64,000 nucleotides of DNA from Haliotis rufescens. Lineage: Eukaryota. The stretch covers positions 30,814,001-30,878,000 of the forward strand of contig NW_025963857.1 of the NCBI RefSeq assembly GCF_023055435.1, given 5' to 3'. Both the position numbers and the translations under genes were made by a program. Positions 38,501 to 47,592 of the stretch are shown one piece after another (the stretch's first letter is position 1; each line of letters starts with the position of its first letter). The notes beneath the pieces were generated by a model. It did no database searches, had not been told where the DNA came from, and worked only from the letters and a program-made list of their open reading frames with translations.

Positions 38501-41500
38501 TGAGTAGAACATATCAAACGTTTTATTAATTCATCCATTACATAATTGCTTTGACTATCACCTGCTGTATCTATCACCATATCTTGTAATTATTAAAGCC
38601 AGCGATGTGCGAGAAAAAAAGATATGAAGAGATGGCGTAGTTGACGTCATATATTTCGTTTATACGTTTTGCAACATATGCAAAATTATTACGTTAAAAT
38701 TAAGTGTTGCCTCTTTATTGTACAAAGAAATGTCATTGAAATTATTCCACTTCACGTTTGACGTCGTTAGCAATGGATGACATCATTTCTAGTTGATTAC
38801 GGCAATATAGTACTTCCTGTCAGACAGAGAAAAGAAGATTGACCAATTAACCTCCTGGATATTCTAATGCAGCAAAAAGTTACAAAAGGCCAAATAATGA
38901 TATAACATTGCTGAATGCACTGACGCTTGTTTTCACTACGTGTTGAGGAAGGAGGACGTTTCACTGTTTGACGCATCAGTCACCAAAGTGGTGTCCGGTG
39001 CTATTCTTTATGTAGACTTGAAGCATATGTTGTAGTGTTGTATCAGGTGAAGATGTGCCTTGCCTTTGCCTTCATGTTTGTCGCGGAGCCATCGGTGGGG
39101 CAGGATACGCTCACCAAATCGTTATGTGATGGTGATTCATAAACACATGCGGAGCCGTCGGGTAGCCCAGTGGTTAATGCGTTTGCTCGTCACGACGAAG
39201 ATGCGGATTCGATTCCCGACATGGGTACAATGTGTGAAGCCCATTTCTGGTGTCCCCCGCCGTGATATTGCTGGAATATTTCCAAAAGCGGCGTAAAACC
39301 ATACTCACTCATAAGCACATGCTTATGCTTTCATATAGTCGGAATCATACAATGGATAGCTTTTAGCAGAGATTTCTTATGGTTATTGAAAGAGCTTTGT
39401 CGCTTTTCTTCACGATATAAGATGACTGTGGCTGGTTGTTACAGACTGTTGAAGACTGGGGTGAATCTGGTGTCGACAAACAAGTTCACCACACTGCGGG
39501 GCAGCTGGCTGGAAGACAAGTACTACCTCTCGGTCACACAGTGGGAAACTTTAGATCTTTACTTCGAGTACAGAAGCGAAAGGAAATGTGGTAAGCATGT
39601 TTGTGATTAACCTCCGGAGGTTATGCTAATCGTAATTAGTAGTCACTTGAAACGGGACAGTTCGAACGATTTGTCACAATATGACCACCCTGCATTTGAA
39701 TTTTCATGTCTATTGTGCAAAGGTTATTCACATTAAGGGATCTTTGTTAGAAACAGTATTTTTGTGGTCACTGCTTCAACACGTACTTTTTTCTTATGAA
39801 AAGCAATTGTTTGTTTGCTTGTTCCACAGCTCATTTTGTCAGAACATACAGTATATTTGTCCATCAAAATCCTTTTTTGACGTGAGGCAAAATTATTTTC
39901 TGAAGGTATTTTCTTGCCTTCCTGGGATATCAAATGATCAGTCGTTTAGCTGTATGTTGATCGGTGTTTTCGGTCTAAAATTATTTAAGTGAACTTATTA
40001 TCCCCCGCCCAACAAAGTTGGCGGGGGATGTAGAAACGGGCTCCGTCCGTCACCTCGGTTAAAAAAGGTTAGGGTTTGTTTAGATTTAATAATGTCATAA
40101 ATTCTGCAACAGGGGTGGGGACATAGCCACGTTAGTGGCCAACTCTTGTTAATTTAAAAATATTATATTTGTTTGTTTGTTTGTTGTTTGACGCCGCACT
40201 CAGCAATATTCCAGCTATATTACGGTGGTCTGTAAATAATCGAGTCTGGACCAGATAATCCAGTGATTGACATTATGAACATCTATCCACGCAATTGGGA
40301 TACGATGACATGCATCAACCAAGTCAGCGAGCCTGACCACCCAATCCCGTTAGTCGCCTCTTACGACAAGCATGGCTTGCTGAAGACCTATTCTACCCCG
40401 GATCTTCACGGGTCTAAATATGATATGAAGCCTATTTAAAATTATTGCCACACTTGCTTGAAGCAATCTTGGAACAGCAACAAGCCATTTAGCATCGTTC
40501 ATGAAACAAATTCCGTTTTTGTAATTTTCTTTGAAAAAAACTTGTTTCGAATGAATATGTCCTTTCGCGGTGTTGAGGTCATTAACAATATCATGGTCTA
40601 ACATAGGTCTAACCAATCGTAATGCAGGGTTAATACATGCCATGGAAGAATACCAGTTACTGTTGCACCTTGCCGTGTATAATCCTAAGACTCATTACTT
40701 GTTTCATCCCAGGAAAGAAATGTTTGAGGACTAGATGTGGAATGTTGGTTGGTTGGTTTGTTGTTTAACGCTGCACTCAGCAATATTCAAGCTATATGAC
40801 GGCGGTCTGTAAATAATCGAGTCTGGACCAGACAATCCAGTGATTAATATCATGAGCATCGATCCACGCAATTGGGATCGATGACATGCATCAACCAAGT
40901 CAGCGAGCCTGACCACCCGATCCCGTTAGTCGCCTTTAACGACAAGCATAGTCACCTTTTACGGCAAGCATGGGTTGCCGAAGACCTATTCTACCCCGGA
41001 ATCTTCACGGGTCAGATGTGGAATGTTACGATTCTGGGGAAATCCAGGGGAAATCCAGGGGAAATCCAGGAGATAACAGTAAAGGGACTGCTTCTGTTTT
41101 TGCAGGTGCTGGCAAGGACCTGCAGTTATCAGTAGTGCTCCAGATTGTAAACATCTCATGTGTGTACACTCACATCAGTATGACCATTGCATTTTGTTCA
41201 CAGGTCCCAATAAAGAATGTTCTGAGTTGCTCAAGGAAGTATTTGACATACAACCAAGTGTTATCTTCCAATCCGAGGATTTGTCTCTCTTTCAAATGAC
41301 ATCCATACAAACGGCCGAGAGATCTGACAGCCCGGCCGTCGAGATGCAGTCAGAGACTACACAAACTCAAAGCGAGGCTCCAGGGGATGGGACCGAGGGC
41401 TCAGGGGAAGGACAGACAGACCTCACAAGATCTGACAGTCCAGCCATCGAAGTGCAATCGGAGGATATCGATAGTGCCGCTACCCAAAACCAAAGCGAGG

Positions 41501-41583
41501 CTTCAGCTGATGGGAATGAGGCTGCAGAGGAACGTCAGGAAGAAACTGCTGACATAAAAACCACAATAGCTGACTTACAATAG
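29331..41583 (+). CDS. Alpha-arrestin (ARRDC-like)-PPxY-tandem DUF1330-like fusion gene, copy 1; 12 coding exons, 787 aa
   Basis: Exons 29331-29583, 31423-31649, 32043-32172, 32278-32417, 32685-32789, 33330-33459, 34165-34598, 35354-35494, 36373-36544, 37272-37377, 39445-39590, 41204-41583. All GT-AG with matching phases; total 2364 nt with no internal stop. The paralogue has the same exon structure. Confidence 0.88.
30324..30430. mobile_element. PIF/Harbinger-type MITE; relatives at ~11043-11115 and ~59980-60091
   Basis: TIR ggcccacttgcacaaagcgatc with a 3-bp TSD cag; the site is empty in paralogous intron 1 (~50455). Confidence 0.8.
30763..31287. mobile_element. Non-autonomous DNA transposon with ~60-bp TIRs
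   Basis: catcttccc..agagttaactgact..aaagtccagtttccacccttgccgaac is inverted at both ends. TSD is ggtcctgac (9 bp, or 7 bp if the ends are CC/GG). Empty site in copy 2 at ~51820; a related inverted fragment lies at ~33625-33935. Confidence 0.85.
31423..31649 (+). CDS. Copy 1 exon 2: Arrestin_N core
   Basis: LTAGRHNYRYKFNLPKEGLPSSYEGQNGAIRFWLKVEVNRP matches the alpha-arrestin LP(S)SFEG.HG.IRY motif. Confidence 0.95.
32043..32172 (+). CDS. Copy 1 exon 3: Arrestin_C start
   Basis: GSLTLTAATDRGAYCAGEKIALK; AG/GT flanks. Confidence 0.92.
32278..32417 (+). CDS. Copy 1 exon 4: Arrestin_C
   Basis: VVKNESTKDMGKLKAQLEQKVVFTA; AG/GT flanks. Confidence 0.92.
32685..32789 (+). CDS. Copy 1 exon 5: Arrestin_C
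   Basis: WNNQLLEVDAIPPSTKTRSCHIIAVSYCIK; donor gtaagt. Confidence 0.92.
33330..33459 (+). CDS. Copy 1 exon 6: Arrestin_C end
   Basis: LETIMPITIGTIP, the classic P(I/V)TIGT(I/V)P end of Arrestin_C; donor gtaagt. Confidence 0.92.
34165..34598 (+). CDS. Copy 1 exon 7: Cys/Tyr segment, Pro/Ala/Thr linker, PPSY motif
   Basis: ttcag acceptor; ...LPPSYDDVL...; donor aca|gtaagt conserved in copy 2. Confidence 0.9.
34622..35100 (-). mobile_element. Helentron/HINE-like non-autonomous element
   Basis: Ends aaacaag... and ...ggcgggggataata with a subterminal hairpin; absent from copy 2 intron 7; relative at 39995-40150 (+). Confidence 0.6.
35354..35494 (+). CDS. Copy 1 exon 8: DUF1330-like repeat 1, N-half
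   Basis: PEMADKPYGLLFLRF..ECEGEIIAFAPQ; phase 0 at both ends; near-identical in copy 2. Confidence 0.85.
36373..36544 (+). CDS. Copy 1 exon 9: DUF1330-like repeat 1, C-half
   Basis: VLQEHSQWPARTSVAVLKFPSAEVATDWFN resembles the DUF1330 pattern V.EG.W....V.IIEFPS.E.A..WY.S. Confidence 0.85.
37272..37377 (+). CDS. Copy 1 exon 10: DUF1330-like repeat 2, N-part
   Basis: ANSIFSMITLKYKLPVKKAKVNKYSTLFSQTLRPL; phase 1 in, phase 2 out; same length in copy 2. Confidence 0.82.
37517..37778 (+). mobile_element. Family C SINE
   Basis: Full body with (AAAC)n tail. Confidence 0.85.
39151..39310 (+). mobile_element. Family A tRNA-SINE
   Basis: A and B boxes; 12-bp TSD ataaRcacatgc at 39139-39150 and 39311-39322. 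Confidence 0.87.
39445..39590 (+). CDS. Copy 1 exon 11: DUF1330-like repeat 2, core
   Basis: TGVNLVSTNKFTTLRGSWLEDKYYLSVTQWETLDLYFEY, a degenerate L(E/R)G.W...V.(E/Q)(F/W)..L motif; donor gtaagc. Confidence 0.83.
39995..40150 (+). mobile_element. Short Helentron/HINE-like element
   Basis: ttattatcccccgcc..ggcggggga hairpin, tccgtccgtc, terminal ...ctcttgtt. Confidence 0.6.
40168..40414 (-). mobile_element. Family C SINE
   Basis: Reverse complement of family C. Confidence 0.85.
40747..41013 (-). mobile_element. Family C SINE, young full-length copy
   Basis: Perfect 14-bp TSD agatgtggaatgtt at 40733-40746 and 41014-41027; empty site in copy 2 (~62935). Confidence 0.92.
41204..41583 (+). CDS. 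Copy 1 exon 12: end of repeat 2 plus acidic Ser/Thr-rich repeated tail
   Basis: ttcacag acceptor; two RSDSPA(V/I)E.QSE..TQ.QSEA..DG.E units; TAG at 41581-41583. Confidence 0.85.
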
Positions 41584-41810
41584 TCTTGGAAGACTTGCTG
41601 CAAGACCTCAAAGTGTATAAATTTATTTTTTACAGGAAAACTGTTGCTTCTTGACGTATTTCATCGCATGTGTGGTCATAGTTGATTGGATGTTGTTCAC
41701 CTGTGTTGCTCGACACCTGCACACTTCACCTTTAGGTAGGTCATTACTAAACTGAACCTAAACTGAAGTCATGACATGTAAGATTGACCAACCTTTCATC
41801 ACCTGTCACG

Positions 41811-42075
41811 GTTTGTTGTTTGTTTGTTTGTTAACGCCGCACTCAGCAATATTCCAGCTGAATGACGGCGGTCAGTTAATAATCGTGTCTAGACCAGACA
41901 ATCCAGTGATTGACAACATGAGCATCGATCCACACAATTGGGATCGATGACATGCATAAACCAAGTCAGCGAGCTTGACCACCCGATCCCGTTAGTCGCC
42001 TCTTACGACAAGCATAGTCGCCTTTTACTGCAAGCATGGTTTTCTGAAGACCTATTCTACCTCCTTCTTCACGGA
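41811..42075 (-). mobile_element. Family C SINE just downstream of the copy 1 stop; further partial copies at ~21657-21805, ~45730-45930 and ~46715-46896
   Basis: Reverse complement of family C. Confidence 0.85.
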
Positions 42076-42120
42076 TTACTTCATGTATTTATTGGGTTGT
42101 GCAATACTGTGTGGAACAGA

Positions 42121-44870
42121 CTGTAATTAGTGTGACTGTTACCTGTAATTAGTGTGACTGTGACCTGTAATTAGTGTGACTGTTACCTGTAATTAGTGTG
42201 ACTGTTACCTGTAATTAGTGTGACTGTGACCTGTAATTAGTGTGACTGTGACCTGTAATTAGTGTTACTGTAACCTATAATTAGTGTGACTGTTACCTGT
42301 AATAAGTGTGACTGTTACCTGTAATTAGTGTGACTGTGGCCTGTAATTAGTGTGACTGTGACCTGTAATTAGTGTGACTGTTACCTGTAATTAGTGTGAC
42401 TGTGACCTGTAATTAGTGTGACTGCGACCTGTAACTAGTGTGACTGTTACCTGTAATTAGTGTGACTGTTACCTGTAATAAGTGTGATTGTTACCTGTAA
42501 TTAGTGTGACTGCGATCTGTAATTAGTGTGACTGTAACCTGTAATTAGTGTGACTGTTACCTGTAATAAGTGTGATTGTTACCTGTAATTAGTGTGACTG
42601 TTACCTGTAATTAGTGTGACTGTGACCTGTAATTAGTGTGACTGTTACCTGTAATTAGTGTGACTGTGACCTGTAATTAGTGTGACTGTGACCTGTAATT
42701 AGTGTGACCGTTACCTGTAATTGGTGTGACTGTGGCCTGTAATTAGTGTGACTGCGACCTGTAACTAGTGTGACTGTTACCTGTAATTAGTGTGACTGTT
42801 ACCTGTAATTAGTGTGACTGTGACCTGTAATTAGTGTGACTGTGACCTGTAATTAGTGTTACTGTAACCTATAATTAGTGTGACTGTTACCTGTAATAAG
42901 TGTGACTGTTACCTGTAATTAGTGTGACTGTGGCCTGTAATTAGTGTGACTGTGACCTGTAATTAGTGTGACTGTTACCTGTAATTAGTGTGACTGTGAC
43001 CTGTAATTAGTGTGACTGCGACCTGTAATTAGTGTTACTGTAACCTATAATTAGTGTGACTGTTACCTGTAATTAGTGTGACTGTTACCTGTAATTAGTG
43101 TGACTGTTACCTGTAATTAGTGTGACTGTGACCTGTAATTAGTGTGACTGTTACCTGTAATTAGTGTGACTGTTACCTGTAATTAGTGTGACTGTTACCT
43201 GTAATTAGTGTGACTGTGACCTGTAATTAGTGTGACTGTGACCTGTAATTAGTGTTACTGTAACCTATAATTAGTGTGACTGTTACCTGTAATAAGTGTG
43301 ACTGTTACCTGTAATTAGTGTGACTGTGGCCTGTAATTAGTGTGACTGTGACCTGTAATTAGTGTGACTGTTACCTGTAATTAGTGTGACTGTGACCTGT
43401 AATTAGTGTGACTGCGACCTGTAACTAGTGTGACTGTTACCTGTAATTAGTGTGACTGTTACCTGTAATAAGTGTGATTGTTACCTGTAATTAGTGTGAC
43501 TGCGATCTGTAATTAGTGTGACTGTAACCTGTAATTAGTGTGACTGTTACCTGTAATAAGTGTGATTGTTACCTGTAATTAGTGTGACTGTTACCTGTAA
43601 TTAGTGTGACTGTGACCTGTAATTAGTGTGACTGTTACCTGTAATTAGTGTGACTGTGACCTGTAATTAGTGTGACTGTGACCTGTAATTAGTGTGACCG
43701 TTACCTGTAATTGGTGTGACTGTGGCCTGTAATTAGTGTGACTGCGACCTGTAACTAGTGTGACTGTTACCTGTAATTAGTGTGACTGTTACCTGTAATA
43801 AGTGTGATTGTTACCTGTAATTAGTGTGACTGTTACCTGTAATTAGTGTGACTGTGACCTGTAATTAGTGTGACTGTTACCTGTAACTAGTGTGACTGTT
43901 ACCTGTAATTAGTGTGACTGTGACCTGTAATTAGTGTGACTGTTACCTGTAATTAGTGTGATTGTTACCTGTTATTAATGTGACTGTGACCTGTAATTAG
44001 TGTGACTGTGACCTGTAATTAGTGTGACTATGACCTGTAATTAGTGTGATTGTTACCTGTAATTAGTGTTATTGTTACCTGTAATTAATGTGACTGTGAC
44101 CTGTTATTAGTGTGATTGTTACCTGTAATTAGTGTGACTGTTACCTGTAATTAATGTGACTGTGACCTGTAATTAGTGTGATTGTTACCTGTAATTAGTG
44201 TGACTGTGACCTGTAATTAGTGTGACTGTGGCATGTAATTAGTGTGACTGTGACCTGTAATTAATGTGACTGTTACCTGTAATAAGTGTGACTGCTACCT
44301 GTAATTAGTGTGACTGCGACCTGTAATTAGTGTGACTGCGACCTGTAATTAGTGTGACTGTGACCTGTAATTAGTGTGATTGTTACCTGTCATTAGTGTG
44401 ACTGTTACCTGTAGTTAGTGTTACTGTGACCTGTAATTAGTGTGATTGTTACCTGTCATTAGTGTGACTGTTACCTGTAACTAGTGTGACTGTGACCTGT
44501 AATTAGTGTGACTGTTACCTGTAACTAGTGTGACTGTGACCTGTAATTAGTGTGACTGTTACCTGTAATTAGTGTGATTGTTACCTGTAATTAGTGTGAC
44601 TGTAACCTGTAATTAGTGTGACTTTGACCTGTAATTAGTGTGACTGTTACCTGTAACTAGTGTGACTGTTACCTGTAACTAGTGTGACTGTTACCTGTAA
44701 TTAGTGTGACTGTTACCTGTAATTAGTGTGACTGTTACCTGTAATTAGTGTGACTGCGATCTGTAATTAGTGTGACTGTTACCTGTAATTAGTATGACTG
44801 TTACCTGTTACTAGTGTGACTTTGACCTGTAATTAGTGTGACTGTGGCCTGTAATTGGTGTGACTATGAT
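42121..44870 (+). repeat. 22-bp tandem satellite CTGTAATTAGTGTGACTGT(T/G)AC, about 125 units, with a degenerate tail to ~45200
   Basis: Head-to-tail units with no spacers. Confidence 0.97.
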
Positions 44871-47396
44871 CTTAGATTAGTTTTACAGTGATCATAGATC
44901 AATCTGACTGTCATCAGTGATTAGTGTCATTGTCGTCAGATATTGGTTTGATGGTGATAATAGATTAGTGTCATTGTCATCAGATATTAGTATAACAGTG
45001 ATCAGAGAATAGAGTTAGTGTCATCAGTGATTATTGTGACTGTATTCCGAGATTAGTGTTACTGATGTAGGAGATTAGTGCGACTGTGATCAGAGATTAG
45101 TGTTATTGTCATTAGTGATTATAGTGCAACTGTGATTAGTGATTAGTGTTACTGACATAGGAGAATAGTGTGACTATGATCAGATCAGAGATTAGATCAT
45201 CAACGAATTTTGTAGATGACAACATGCACGAAGTAAGAACATGACCGACAGGCCTACCCGATATTTCAGAAACGAATACACCTCACAGGTTGAATGGTTC
45301 CAGAGTTCCATGTATTGTGATGTGACTTAATATGATCGTCGCTGGTAATGATAAAGGAACCGATTGATCATTATGTGTTTATTCCCATTGTAATAAAGTA
45401 TATAGAGCTATTAGCTGATTTGTCATTGATAGACATGACAGCACATATTGGTATAACAGCCCAGTCCTACATGGGATGATGTATTCTAGTTACACAACCA
45501 TGACATCCAATGCGTTGTCCGGGAGGTGGTCATACACGTTTGTCCTATACACTGTGTATCGGGTGATAAAAGTGTATCAATATTTTTATGAGTGGTACAT
45601 GAAACTGATGAAAGGTTGTAAACTGATCAGCTTTAGTTGTAATGTTTCATTGTAAACGAAGCTAAATCGAAAAGTTCCTGGCCTCGTGGATATTGCTTTG
45701 TGTAATGTCAGGTTTCGGCGCGTGTATGGATTTGTTTTGTTTGTTTGTTGTTTAACGCCGCACTCAGCAATATACCGACGGTCTGTAAATAATCGAGTCT
45801 GGACCAGATAATTCATTGATTTACATCATGAACATCGATCCGCGCGATTGGGATACGATGACATGCTTTAACTTAGTCAGCGAGCCTGACCACCCGATCC
45901 CGTTAGTCGCCTCTAAAGACAAGCATAGTGAATAACATCCTATTGGAAGACACTAAGTTACAGATTGGTAACTGCATGCAACTCTAAGAAGTCAACTGGA
46001 TAATTTAACAAGTGAGAAAAACTGCAAAAAATATCGAAAACTGAGAAACGAGCTGTGATTGATGAAGTACCTACATAAAGTGGGCACGTCACCACAGGAA
46101 ATACACGAAGACGCGAAAATAAAGACTGAAAAGCACTTTACATAAGCATAAAACATTTTTGCTGAAAGCAGAATTCATTGTATGATTCCAACAATATCAC
46201 AAGCATGTGTTTAATCACTATCAAATAGTGATGATACCGGTGTTCGCGAAAAGATGTGCGTATCCTGCCCCACAGGTTACAACCATCACAAACACATGCA
46301 ATGGCAAGTCATTCTTTCACCTGAAAAACACTGGAACATATGTTACAATTCAGTTATTGCATCAAGTGGGAATGAAAGACGGTGACGAAAACGACATTTA
46401 TAGCTTTCTGCACTTGGACTGTTTAATTTATTTCTTTTACTTTCCCATATTGCTGACAGACAGACAGGCAGGTACAAGCTGTACAAAAGAAACAAAGTAC
46501 CAATAAATACATGCTCTTTCAAATCACGATTCATCAATAAACATACAGATGTTTACACGTTTATGTTATCTATACACTGCAAAAAGAAATTCCGGATTTT
46601 AACATCTTTGAAATTACGACATCAAACTTTCAATGAAAGCACTTATTAAACAACCTCATTTGTTCCTTACATGTACAAAACATATTCAGAAATATATTTT
46701 AGGCGTTTATATCACACAATCCAGTGATTAATATCATGAGCATCGATCCACGCAATTGGGATCGATGACATGCATCAACCAAGTCCGCGAGCCTCGCCAC
46801 CCGATCCCGTTAGTCGCCTCTTACGTCAAGCAAAGTCCCCTTTTTACGGCACGCATGGGTTGCTGAAGACCTATTCTACCCCGGATCCTCACGGGCCACC
46901 TGCCACGGTGGCACAGTGGGAAAACATAGTGTTAAAAACTTATCACTATATGTGAGGTTGCATGTTCGATTCCCGTCATCCATAATAAAAAAATGTTTTA
47001 AGCCTAGTCTTCAATTTTAGAACATTGAACGTCCAAACTTCGTCTGCTACTCAACTCACCAGGTCTTACTAGGAAAAAGCAGAATCTCCCATGAGGTTAT
47101 CACGAAAAAACAAGTACCGTCCAAACAAAGGCCAATATCCGTGGTAAGTTTATACTCGCTGCTATCCGAGCAAAGTTGAAACAGAAGAAATCCAACATCA
47201 ACATACACTCTTCAAAAAAAGGAAACGCGCAGGTAGTTTGTAGTTCATTGGCTGAAGCTGCCCTGTGCCCCTTACCCTCCTGACCTGGCACCTCTGACTA
47301 TTGTCTCTACCCTAAACTCAAATTTCCCAGTGACAACGAAGTGATTGTCCTCATCGAGAACGTTTTTTGGTATCAAGAAAAAGCAGAACCATCAGT

Positions 47397-47592
47397 TGAT
47401 CATCCTGTGATTATTCCTGCTCACAATAAACCTATATAGATCCATTAGCTGATCATCCAGTGATTATTCCTGCTCACAATAAACCTATATAGATCCATTA
47501 GCTGATCATCCAGTGATTATTCCTGCTCACAATAAACCTATATAGATCCATTAGCTGATCATCCAGTGATTATTCATGTCTTCAATAAACCT
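47397..47592 (+). repeat. 53-bp minisatellite, ~3.6 copies
   Basis: Units start at 47397, 47450, 47503 and 47556. Confidence 0.92.

Noticed and set aside
35360-41583. DUF1330-like exons as a wholly separate downstream gene
   Set aside because: Exon 7 has no conserved stop but does have a conserved in-phase GTAAGT donor, and copy 2 lacks the ATG. Not fully excluded for copy 1 without transcript data.
42121-44870. CRISPR-like array
   Set aside because: Units are head-to-tail with no unique spacers, there are no cas genes, and the context is eukaryotic. The same applies to the 53-, 47- and 27-bp arrays.
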